Of a stretch of 64,000 nt of DNA, positions 9,657-18,113 are shown piece by piece; position 1 is the stretch's first letter; the number at the start of each line of letters is the position of its first letter. A program made the translations under genes and the position numbers. The DNA comes from Candidatus Omnitrophota bacterium. Lineage in GTDB: Bacteria; Omnitrophota; Gorgyraeia; Gygaellales; Profunditerraquicolaceae. The DNA lies in assembly GCA_020058085.1 (NCBI GenBank), contig JAGVER010000005.1:2743-66742 (forward strand), written 5' to 3'. The notes beneath the pieces were generated by a model. It was not told the origin of the DNA. It worked only from the letters and a program-made list of their open reading frames with translations, and ran no database searches.

Positions 9657-11057
9657 ATGAAAGAAAATAAAGATATTATAATAGGGCATGTATCCGCGGT
9701 TCAGGGGCCTGTAGTGGATGTTAAATTCCAGAATTCAGTTGATGTGCCTAATATATTCAGCGTTATTCAAACCCAAACCATAGATAAAGAAAAGGTTGTT
9801 TTAGAGGTAGCAGAACATCTTCCGGGAAACATTGCCCGTTGCATTGCTATTAACTCGACGATAAATCTTCAGCGTAATCAGGAAGCCTACTCAAGTGGCG
9901 CTACTATTCAAATTCCTACAGGCGATATGCTTTATGGGCGCATAATAAATATGTTGGGGGAGCCCATTGATCAGAAAGGCGAAATTAAAAGTTCAGAGAG
10001 ATCTAATATAAGAAAAGCAGATATGGGAAGCCAGGTTAGATTAAAAAAAGATTTCCATAGGAGCTTTGATGTAATGGAGACCGGGATTAAAGTTATTGAT
10101 CTTCTTTTTCCCGTGGTTAAGGGAGGCAAAACCGGGATTTTAGGTGGCGCGGCTTTGGGAAAAAGTATTTTAACCCTGGAAATTATTCAGCATATTGTAA
10201 AAAGGCATCAGGGTAGCTGCGTATTTGTGGGTGTCGGTGAGCGTATCCGCGAGGGAAACGAGCTTTATTATGAATTATTAAAACACGAAGTTTTAGCTAA
10301 AACAATGATGGTCTTTGGCCAGATGAATGAGCCTCCGGGAGCCCGTTTCGGCGTGGCAATGACAGGTATTACCTTGGCTGAATCTGTTCAAAGGAAGAAT
10401 CAGGATGTCCTGCTTTTTGTGGATAATATTTTCAGGTTTGTTCAGGCAGGAGCAGAGATATCTACCCTTTTAGGCCGCGTTCCATCGGAGACAGGTTATC
10501 AGCCTACCTTGATTTCAGAGGCGAGTGAATTTCATGAGAGGATACGTTCTTCACAGGAAGCAGGCGGCGCGATTACTTCTTTTGAAGCAGTATATGTTCC
10601 TGCCGATGATTTAACTGATCCGGCAGTAGTAGCTATTTTTAGTTTCTTGGATTCAATTCTGGTACTTTCACGCGAACGCATACAATTGGGTTTGTATCCT
10701 GCGGTAGATCCCTTATTATCGTCCTGCGCTAATTTGGATATTGATATCGTCGGCAGAAAACATTTTGATATTTCTCAAGAGGTAATCAGGATTTTTCAGA
10801 GATACGAAGAATTAAGGCGCATTGTTTTAGTTGTGGGAATCGATGAATTATCGTCCACCGACCGCATTCTTTATGAACGCGCCAGAAAATTACAGAATTT
10901 TCTTACCCAGCCATTTTTTGTCGCGGAGACTTACACCGGTAAAAAGGGAGAGTATGTCACTTTGCCCCAGACTCTCGAAGGTTGTGAAAGGATTATCGCG
11001 GGAAGAGTTGATTCTATCCCCGAGGAACAATTTTATTTGATTGGTGTTTTGCCCTAA
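9657..11057 (+). CDS. atpD: F-type ATPase beta subunit (catalytic)
   Basis: 466 aa. P-loop GGAALGKS, VGVGERIREGNELY, DVLLFVDNIFRFVQAG, GRVPSETGYQPTL, YVPADDLTDPA. The DELSEED region reads DELSSTD. Confidence 0.92.
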   Translation: MKENKDIIIGHVSAVQGPVVDVKFQNSVDVPNIFSVIQTQTIDKEKVVLEVAEHLPGNIARCIAINSTINLQRNQEAYSSGATIQIPTGDMLYGRIINMLGEPIDQKGEIKSSERSNIRKADMGSQVRLKKDFHRSFDVMETGIKVIDLLFPVVKGGKTGILGGAALGKSILTLEIIQHIVKRHQGSCVFVGVGERIREGNELYYELLKHEVLAKTMMVFGQMNEPPGARFGVAMTGITLAESVQRKNQDVLLFVDNIFRFVQAGAEISTLLGRVPSETGYQPTLISEASEFHERIRSSQEAGGAITSFEAVYVPADDLTDPAVVAIFSFLDSILVLSRERIQLGLYPAVDPLLSSCANLDIDIVGRKHFDISQEVIRIFQRYEELRRIVLVVGIDELSSTDRILYERARKLQNFLTQPFFVAETYTGKKGEYVTLPQTLEGCERIIAGRVDSIPEEQFYLIGVLP

Positions 11058-11059
11058 AG

Positions 11060-11527
11060 ATGATTAGAAGTCCCAAAAGATTAGGTGATATCTTAATAGA
11101 GAAAGGCTTGATAACCCAAGAAGTGTTAGATGATGCTTTACGCGAGCAGCGGGAAACAAAGGAATTCTTGGGCGCAATATTATTAAGAAAAAAACGGATC
11201 AAAGAAGCGGATTTGTTAACGGCGCTATCTGAACAATTTCATATTCCACTTTTTAGTTTGAAAGATAAATATATTGATTGGAATTTAGTCAAGGGCTTCA
11301 GCGCTTCGCTAATTTTAGATTACAGATGTTTCCCTGTAGCCAAAGATGATTGGTCAATAACCATGGCCATAACTAACCCCTTGGATATCCGGGTACTAAA
11401 GAGGGTCGAAGATGAAGCAAAGGGATTAAGATTGAAATTAGTTTTGGTTTCCGAGGGAGATATCAACGATTCTATTAAGAGGTACAATAGCTATCTAAGG
11501 GGTAATATTTCTAAACTATTCGAGTAA
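11060..11527 (+). CDS. Stand-alone GspE/MshE N-terminal (MshEN / T2SSE_N) domain protein, predicted c-di-GMP receptor
   Basis: 155 aa. Residues 7-30, RLGDILIEKGLITQEVLDDALREQ, match the 24-residue MshEN motif RLGxx[LVI][LVI]xxG[LVI][LVI]xxxxLxxxLxxQ exactly. After a 5-residue spacer comes a second copy, FLGAILLRKKRIKEADLLTALSEQ, with G->K at one position. Confidence 0.8.
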   Translation: MIRSPKRLGDILIEKGLITQEVLDDALREQRETKEFLGAILLRKKRIKEADLLTALSEQFHIPLFSLKDKYIDWNLVKGFSASLILDYRCFPVAKDDWSITMAITNPLDIRVLKRVEDEAKGLRLKLVLVSEGDINDSIKRYNSYLRGNISKLFE

Positions 11528-11530
11528 AAT

Positions 11531-13684
11531 ATGCCTAAGAAACTAGATATAATTTTATCAGAAGCATTAATTGAAAAAAGGTTAATCGCGCAGAATGATA
11601 TAGGCAATTTTCTTAAAGAGGCTGAGTCATTGAATGAAAGCCTGCAGCAAATTTTAATTAAACGGGGCATTTTTCCTGAAAAAGATATTTTGAATATTTT
11701 GGGGGAAAAATTAAAGTTATCCAGCGTTAACTTAAGAGAGATCACAATTGATAAAGCTGTTTTAGCAAAAGTCCCGGTCAAAATTGCCTTGTATTATAGA
11801 TTCGTCCCGGTTCAAATAAAAGACAGGGTTTTAACTATTGCGGTTTCTTGCCCGTTAGAGATAAAAATCCAGGATGAGGTAAGGGCGCAGCTGGGTTATG
11901 ATATTGAGACGGTTCTCTCTTCTTCGGGCGATCTCCTGGAATCCCTGAAGAAATATTATGGCTTGGCGGCCGATACCTTAGAAAAGATTTCTTCTAACGT
12001 CCAGCAGGCCGAAGCATCCCACGAAACGCATTTTGAGACAGTAGAGGATATTGAAAAGCTGGCAGGAGACGCTTCGGTAATAAAATTGGTCAACCAGATA
12101 ATTCTGGAGGGATTCAGGAAACGCGCTACCGATATTCACATTGAGCCTTATAGAGAAGGGGTCTCTTTACGTTATCGCATTGACGGGTTGCTTTACGACG
12201 CAAATTTTCCTCCCGAAATAAAGAATTTCTTAAGCGCTATAATTTCCCGTATTAAGATAATGTCCAATTTAAATATTGTTGAGCGTAGGCTACCCCAGGA
12301 TGGCAGGGCGATAGTAAAGGTTGGAGAGCAGATGCTGGATCTGCGTATTTCCACAATACCTACGCCATTCGGGGAAAGTGTGGTAGTAAGGATCCTGCCT
12401 ACGCAGATGCTTTTTAGCCTGGAGAAGCTTGGGCTTGGGAAAAAAGATTTGCAGGTTTTTGAGGGATTAATTAAGAAACCCCATGGTATAATTTTTGTTA
12501 CCGGTCCGACAGGGAGCGGAAAGACTACTACCTTGTATGCCTGTTTAAGCAGGATTAATACCAAAGAACGTAAAATTATTACCATTGAGGATCCTATTGA
12601 GTATGAAATGTCCGGGATTACCCAGATACAGGTTAGTCCGGATATCGGCCTGGATTTTGCCCGGGGATTACGCAGTATTTTAAGGCATGACCCGGATGTA
12701 ATAATGGTAGGAGAGGTCAGGGATTTAGAAACCGCAGAAATAGCTATTCGCGTGGCCTTGACCGGCCACCTTGTATTTTCCACTCTCCATACTAATGATG
12801 CTGCCAGCGGTATCACCAGATTAATAGACATAGGAGTCGAACCGTTTCTTTTGGCTTCCAGCGTTGAGGCATTCATTGCCCAGCGTTTAATAAGATTAAT
12901 TTGTCCTGATTGTAAAATTGAGGATAACGCCGCTCCCATAGAATTAAAAGAGCTGATTGCCCGGGACATTTCCTTGAAGTCCTTAAATGAGGTTAAGATA
13001 TTTAAAGGTAAGGGTTGCCCGAGTTGCAACTTTACCGGATTTTTCGGCAGGACCGCAATTTACGAAATACTCCCGGTGGACGAAGCAATGAAGGATTTAA
13101 TTTTGAAGAAAGCCACTGCTACTCAGATAAAAAGGCTTGCTCTTTCAAAAGGGATGCGTACATTGCGTCAGGATGGTTGGCATAAAGTAATTCTCGGAGC
13201 GACCACCCCTGAAGAAGTGATGAAAGTTACTTCTGCCGAAGAGTATACGGAAGAAGATAAAAATGCCCGGTTCCTTCCCGCCGGTTCTTTAAAGCCAGTA
13301 ACTTATCAAGTCCCAAATCCCGATGAGAAAAGGGCGTATCTTCGCTTAAACAGCAAAGTGAATTTACGTTATAAAGTATTTGATACGGCAGAGAAGCTGC
13401 TCAAAAAAGGATTTAAGCCGGAAGAGTTTAGCGTTACAAATAATCTTTCCGCGGGGGGCCTGGTCTTTTTTTCAGACGATATGCTGGCTGTTGGTTTGAT
13501 TTTAGAATTAACTATAGAACTGCCTGATAGCGAGGAGCCGATAGGATGCCTGGCTAAAGTGGTAAGGCTGGAAGAGAGGCAGGATCATAAAGGTTATAAT
13601 GTTGCAGTTTGTTTTCTGGATATAACCGGCGCAGGAAGATCAAGGCTAGGAAGGTACATAGAATTAGAAACGGAGATGATATAA
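11531..13684 (+). CDS. GspE/PilB-family secretion ATPase with N-terminal T2SSE_N domain and C-terminal PilZ domain
   Basis: 717 aa. Walker A GPTGSGKTTT, Asp/His boxes, tetracysteine CPDC...CPSC. The C-terminal ~120 aa carry the PilZ motifs KRAYLR (RxxxR) and NLSAGG ([DN]xSxxG). Confidence 0.9.
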   Translation: MPKKLDIILSEALIEKRLIAQNDIGNFLKEAESLNESLQQILIKRGIFPEKDILNILGEKLKLSSVNLREITIDKAVLAKVPVKIALYYRFVPVQIKDRVLTIAVSCPLEIKIQDEVRAQLGYDIETVLSSSGDLLESLKKYYGLAADTLEKISSNVQQAEASHETHFETVEDIEKLAGDASVIKLVNQIILEGFRKRATDIHIEPYREGVSLRYRIDGLLYDANFPPEIKNFLSAIISRIKIMSNLNIVERRLPQDGRAIVKVGEQMLDLRISTIPTPFGESVVVRILPTQMLFSLEKLGLGKKDLQVFEGLIKKPHGIIFVTGPTGSGKTTTLYACLSRINTKERKIITIEDPIEYEMSGITQIQVSPDIGLDFARGLRSILRHDPDVIMVGEVRDLETAEIAIRVALTGHLVFSTLHTNDAASGITRLIDIGVEPFLLASSVEAFIAQRLIRLICPDCKIEDNAAPIELKELIARDISLKSLNEVKIFKGKGCPSCNFTGFFGRTAIYEILPVDEAMKDLILKKATATQIKRLALSKGMRTLRQDGWHKVILGATTPEEVMKVTSAEEYTEEDKNARFLPAGSLKPVTYQVPNPDEKRAYLRLNSKVNLRYKVFDTAEKLLKKGFKPEEFSVTNNLSAGGLVFFSDDMLAVGLILELTIELPDSEEPIGCLAKVVRLEERQDHKGYNVAVCFLDITGAGRSRLGRYIELETEMI

Positions 13685-13688
13685 CAAT

Positions 13689-14903
13689 ATGGGCACGTAT
13701 AAATATCGCGCAAAAAAAGGTTTTAATGAAGTTGTGGAAGGGTTAATTGACGCGCAGTCTGAAAAAGAAGCGATTGAAAAGTTAAGCTCTATGGAGTTGT
13801 TGCCCTTACACTTGGAAGAAGCCCGTGCCAGTAAATCTAAATCCATTTCTTTAGTCAAATTTCGCGGTAAAATTAAATCACGCGAAATTACTATTTTCAG
13901 CCGTCAATTAGCCAGCCTTTTGAAATCCGGCGTAGCTATTTTAAACGCCCTTAATATTATCAATGATCAGTCTGATGATTCTAACCTGAAAAATATACTT
14001 TATAATATTAGCAATGCAATAAAAGATGGCGCTACATTTTCTTCGGTGCTTGCGCAATATCCCCGGGTTTTTTCTCCTCTTTATGTTGCCATGATCCGCA
14101 CGGGAGAAGGCAGCGGGTCGCTTCCGGATGTGCTTTTAAGGATATCTGACTATCGCATCAAGCAAGAAGAGATGCTTTCGCGTTTTCGTATGGCCCTTGT
14201 TTACCCGATACTCATGGCAGTTGTGGGCCTGGGCACTATAATTTTTATGCTCACATTTGTAATGCCAAGATTAATGAAGATATTTTTGAGCATGGGGCAG
14301 GATTTACCTTTACCTACCCGTATTTTAATTGCGATAAGTGGTTTTCTTTGCCATAGCTGGTTTTGGGTAGTCTTAATTTTGGCAATCATAATTTTAATTC
14401 TTCGTAGAGAACTAAGGACAAAGTCCGGAAGGCTATCTTTGAGCCTGTTTAAATTACACCTTCCTTTGTTCGGAAAGCTTATCCTTAAAGCTGAACTTGC
14501 CCGTTTTTGCCGTACCCTGGAATTACTCATAAAAGATGGCATCACTATATTAAAGGCGATTGAAATAGCTGTTCCGGTAATTGACAACGAAATAATAAAG
14601 AACCATTTATTGCAGAGTTATCAACAACTACAGCGCGGCGGTTCTTTTGGTAGGAGTTTAAGAAATGTAAAATTATTTCCTGTTTTCATGAGTAACCTTA
14701 TAGGAGTAGGCGAAGAATCAGGCAGGCTTGATGAGGCCTTGGCGGAAGTGGCAGGTAATTACGAGCGGGATACTGACGAAGCAATTAAGGTAATGAACAG
14801 TCTCTTAGAGCCGGTGATGATTTTAGTAATGGGCTTAATCGTAGGTTTTATCGTGGTTGCAATGATTCTGCCCATATTTGAAATCAACATGATGGCTAAA
14901 TGA
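13689..14903 (+). CDS. GspF/PilC-family inner-membrane platform protein
   Basis: 404 aa with a duplicated T2SSF domain architecture, three TM segments, and a position directly after the GspE-like ATPase. Confidence 0.9.
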   Translation: MGTYKYRAKKGFNEVVEGLIDAQSEKEAIEKLSSMELLPLHLEEARASKSKSISLVKFRGKIKSREITIFSRQLASLLKSGVAILNALNIINDQSDDSNLKNILYNISNAIKDGATFSSVLAQYPRVFSPLYVAMIRTGEGSGSLPDVLLRISDYRIKQEEMLSRFRMALVYPILMAVVGLGTIIFMLTFVMPRLMKIFLSMGQDLPLPTRILIAISGFLCHSWFWVVLILAIIILILRRELRTKSGRLSLSLFKLHLPLFGKLILKAELARFCRTLELLIKDGITILKAIEIAVPVIDNEIIKNHLLQSYQQLQRGGSFGRSLRNVKLFPVFMSNLIGVGEESGRLDEALAEVAGNYERDTDEAIKVMNSLLEPVMILVMGLIVGFIVVAMILPIFEINMMAK

Positions 14904-15757
14904 TAAAGAAAGTAAAGATTTTACTTATTTTCCCGCTGCTATTTTTATCTTTATCTATAGCTAAGGCGGAAGAGTGGCAGGAGTTAAAGAGTGAACATTT
15001 TATCGCTTATTTTACCCGGGATGAAAAATTCGTCAAAGAAGTATTGGATAAAGCAGAGGTTTATTATCGTAGCATCGCTTTAGATTTAGGGTATTCTAGA
15101 TACAAAGAATTCTGGACTTGGGATAAAAGAGTAAAAATTTATATTTATCCGGACCATGCCTCCTATTTAAAGGCAACGGGTCAACCTGACTGGTCTCAGG
15201 GGGTAGCGGATTACAGGGCTAAACAGATAATTAGTTTTATCTGGAGCAGGGGATTTCTTGAATCGCTTCTTCCTCACGAAATGGCCCATTTGATTTTTAG
15301 GGATTTTGTGGGTTTTGAAAGCGATATACCCCTCTGGTTAGATGAAGGCGTGGCGCAATGGGCAGAAGATGTAAAAAGAGGGACAATGAAGAGGATGGTC
15401 AAGGATGCTTATAATCAGAATGGATTATTGAGTATGAATGATATGATGAAATTAGAGATTAGGAATTTAAAGGATAAAAACCTGGTTTTTATCCGGCCAA
15501 CACGCACAAAAGAAGGCAACGACGGAGTTGTAATTTTAAATAGCACTAATTTAGTTAATCTTTATTATTTAGAGGCCGCTTCACTAGTAGATTTTCTTAT
15601 AGCAAAATATGGCTCTGATAGTTTTGCTAATTTGTGTCGTCAGCTGCGCGACGGCAAGCAGATAGAAGAGGCCTTAACTTTTACTTATCCTAGTTCTATC
15701 CGTAGTATCGGTGACTTGGATAATCAGTGGAGAGATTATATAGCGAGGCAGTATTGA
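14900..15757 (+). CDS. Secreted zinc metalloprotease-like protein (peptidase MA-like, HExxH)
   Basis: Signal peptide MIKKVKILLIFPLLFLSLSIAKA. HEMAH at LLPHEMAHLIF and a downstream LWLDEGVAQWAE (gluzincin-type third ligand). ATGA overlap with the GspF-like gene. Confidence 0.6.
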   Translation: MIKKVKILLIFPLLFLSLSIAKAEEWQELKSEHFIAYFTRDEKFVKEVLDKAEVYYRSIALDLGYSRYKEFWTWDKRVKIYIYPDHASYLKATGQPDWSQGVADYRAKQIISFIWSRGFLESLLPHEMAHLIFRDFVGFESDIPLWLDEGVAQWAEDVKRGTMKRMVKDAYNQNGLLSMNDMMKLEIRNLKDKNLVFIRPTRTKEGNDGVVILNSTNLVNLYYLEAASLVDFLIAKYGSDSFANLCRQLRDGKQIEEALTFTYPSSIRSIGDLDNQWRDYIARQY

Positions 15758-15770
15758 CCAGGAGGGATTA

Positions 15771-16184
15771 ATGACTGGAATTAAAAAAACAGATGGTTTT
15801 ACTTTAATTGAGCTTATGCTTGTGGTTGTAATTATCGGTGCATTAGTGGCTATGGTTATGCCCAGGCTTACCGGAAGAGGCGAGCAGGCGCGCGTTGGCG
15901 CGGCCATGGCAGATATCCGCGCTAACATTGCCACTGCTTTAAAACTTTACGAATTAGATAATGGTAGTTTCCCCAGGACAGAAGAAGGATTGAATGCTTT
16001 ATTGAATAAACTTGCTTCTGCGTCAAACTGGAACGGCCCATATCTGGAAAAAAGCCCGGTAGACCCCTGGGGTAGGGAATATAAATATAAATGTCCGGGC
16101 GAACACAGGCCGGCGGATTACGATTTGTATTCATTAGGTAAAGACGGAGTGGAAAGCCAGGATGATGCCAAAAATTGGGAATAA
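15771..16184 (+). CDS. gspG: Type II secretion major pseudopilin GspG
   Basis: Prepilin leader MTGIKKTDG|FTLIELMLVVVIIG. C-terminus NGPYLEK.PVDPWGREYKYKCPGEHRPADYDLYSLGKDG is the classic GspG signature. Confidence 0.9.
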   Translation: MTGIKKTDGFTLIELMLVVVIIGALVAMVMPRLTGRGEQARVGAAMADIRANIATALKLYELDNGSFPRTEEGLNALLNKLASASNWNGPYLEKSPVDPWGREYKYKCPGEHRPADYDLYSLGKDGVESQDDAKNWE

Positions 16185-16557
16185 GCGGGCATTTACCCTT
16201 CTGGAGGTAATGGTTACTACCGCGGTATTATCATTAGGGACTGTTTTAATACATGAATCATTTTTTATTACTTTGGATTCATATGATTATTGTTCTAATT
16301 ATTTTAATGTTGCTCCATGGATGGATGAAAAAATCTGGCAGGTGCGGGATAATATAATCCGTCTTGGTTCATCCAGCCAGATAGAAACAAGCGGCACATT
16401 TACAATCAAAAATAAAGATTTTTCCTGGAATTTATCGCATAGTTTAGTAGAAGGCGCACAAGATTTGCATAAACTGGATCTGGTTGTTTTCTGGAAAGAA
16501 GGTCAGAGAAAGGTAAAATTATCAAGGACTGCTTATGCTAAGTATGCGCAAAGTTAG
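16162..16557 (+). CDS. Minor pseudopilin (prepilin-type N-terminal domain)
   Basis: N-terminus ...KRAFTLLEVMVTTAVLSLG has the conserved Glu5. The -1 residue is Ala rather than Gly. Confidence 0.6.
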   Translation: MMPKIGNKRAFTLLEVMVTTAVLSLGTVLIHESFFITLDSYDYCSNYFNVAPWMDEKIWQVRDNIIRLGSSSQIETSGTFTIKNKDFSWNLSHSLVEGAQDLHKLDLVVFWKEGQRKVKLSRTAYAKYAQS

Positions 16558-17119
16558 CCCGGGAATTACCCTTATTGAGTTACTCATTGTTACCGTATTG
16601 CTATCTGTAGTTTCAATGGCAGTATACGCAACTTTTAACAATGGCATAAAAATCTGGCAGAAACTGAATACACCGGTAGAGGGAGAAGATTTGGGTATTT
16701 TTTTTGATAAATTCACCCGGGACCTGGCGAATGGTTTCAAATTTTCAACTATTCCATTTTCGGGGTCAGAAGACAGGTTCCAATTCGCCACTCTCGTTAA
16801 CAGCCCAAGATTAGGCGGGAAGACAGTGGGCGAGGTAGTTTATTATTATGACCGCGGCAGCGTAACCTTAAATAGGCAGGAACTGGATTTCTCCCTGGTT
16901 TATAAAGGAGAAGAATCCGTAAGTAATCAGAAATTAAGCAATGTAAGATCCCTAAAATTTCAGTACTATTTTTATGATAAAGAAAAAAAAGAATATTCTT
17001 GGCAGGACGAATGGTTGAAAGAGACTCTACCTGTGGCTGTAAAGGTGGAATTTGAGATTAACTATGGTAAGGAAAATAACAAGTTCACGAAGACAGCCAA
17101 TATTCCCGTTGGCAGCTAA
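16535..17119 (+). CDS. Minor pseudopilin, GspJ/PulJ-like
   Basis: N-terminus ...SPG|ITLIELLIVTVLLSVVS. Size and beta-rich C-terminal part fit GspJ-like proteins. Confidence 0.6.
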   Translation: MLSMRKVSPGITLIELLIVTVLLSVVSMAVYATFNNGIKIWQKLNTPVEGEDLGIFFDKFTRDLANGFKFSTIPFSGSEDRFQFATLVNSPRLGGKTVGEVVYYYDRGSVTLNRQELDFSLVYKGEESVSNQKLSNVRSLKFQYYFYDKEKKEYSWQDEWLKETLPVAVKVEFEINYGKENNKFTKTANIPVGS

Positions 17120-18113
17120 AAAGGGAAGCATATTAATAATTGTGTTGTGGTCGCTTTGTTTATTAACTACTTTTGCTGTAATATTGGGTTATGGAGTTAG
17201 GCAGAAGCTTTCTTTGGCCAGCCGGATAGATGAGAGAGATAAGTTGCATTTTATCGTCGGGATTGGTGCAGAAAGGGCGATCCTTGAATTGAAGAATGAA
17301 CCGGAAAAGACTTATGACGTTTTTAAGGATAACTGGAGCAGTAATACCAACGCGTTTAAAGATATAGATATTGGCGACGCCAGGATTAATATCTGCTATA
17401 ATTATATCAACGAGCCTCAGGGGTTAGTTGAGGTTAGGTACGGGCTCATTGATGAGGAAAGAAAAATAAACATAAATAAGGCTGAGGTAAAAGTATTAGA
17501 GCGGTTTTTTCGCATTGCTCTTAATTACAATGAGAATCAGGCGCAGGAGTTGGCCGCATCTATTGTTGACTGGCGCGATAGTGATAGTGAACTATCCGTC
17601 CCTTTAGGCAGCGCGGAAGATTCATATTACAGGGATCTTGAGCAACCCTATGAAGCAAAGGACGCGGTATTTGAAATTTTAGAAGAACTCCTTTTGGTTA
17701 GAGGCATTAGAGAGGATAGCTTCCAGAAAATAAAAGATTATCTTACTGTCTACGGAAGTGGTAGAATTAATATCAATACCGTTTCTAAGCCGGTTCTTTT
17801 GGCCTTAGGATTAAGTGATGATATTACAGGTAAGATCTTAAATTTTCGTTCGGGAGAGGACGGGATTTTAGGTACCGACGATGACAATGTTTTCGATCAG
17901 ACCGCGAATATACTGCCGAAGTTAAGCCAGTTTTATGACTTAAGCGAATCTGAAGTAGCGGCGCTTAGCGCGGTTGTCAGCGAATATTTAACTACAAAAT
18001 CAAATATTTTTATGGCCAAAAGCACAGCCAGATTAAACGGCAAGAATTATACAGAAGAATTGACTTGCGTGTTTGACCGCAAGGGCAAGATTCTTTATTG
18101 GCAGGAGCAGTAA
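17052..18113 (+). CDS. GspK-like minor pseudopilin
   Basis: Hydrophobic N-terminus KKGSILIIVLWSLCLL without Glu5 (a GspK hallmark), plus HhH-like segments (RININTVSKPVLLALGL). The start is uncertain: ATG 17052/17064 or in-frame TTG 17109. Confidence 0.6.
   Translation: MRLTMVRKITSSRRQPIFPLAAKKGSILIIVLWSLCLLTTFAVILGYGVRQKLSLASRIDERDKLHFIVGIGAERAILELKNEPEKTYDVFKDNWSSNTNAFKDIDIGDARINICYNYINEPQGLVEVRYGLIDEERKININKAEVKVLERFFRIALNYNENQAQELAASIVDWRDSDSELSVPLGSAEDSYYRDLEQPYEAKDAVFEILEELLLVRGIREDSFQKIKDYLTVYGSGRININTVSKPVLLALGLSDDITGKILNFRSGEDGILGTDDDNVFDQTANILPKLSQFYDLSESEVAALSAVVSEYLTTKSNIFMAKSTARLNGKNYTEELTCVFDRKGKILYWQEQ

Noticed and set aside
10831-11202. Small ORFs 10831-11040 (+) and 11014-11202 (-) at the atpD/MshEN junction
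   Set aside because: They are out-of-frame overlaps with strongly supported genes and have no SD or motifs.
12193-13029. 278-aa minus-strand ORF, with many similar antisense ORFs (e.g. 3466-3849, 6889-7338, 28538-28972, 42647-43030, 61588-61971)
   Set aside because: All lie entirely inside well-supported plus-strand genes with clear family motifs. Their products are Ser/Leu/Ile/Pro/Arg-rich with no recognisable motifs, so they are shadow ORFs.
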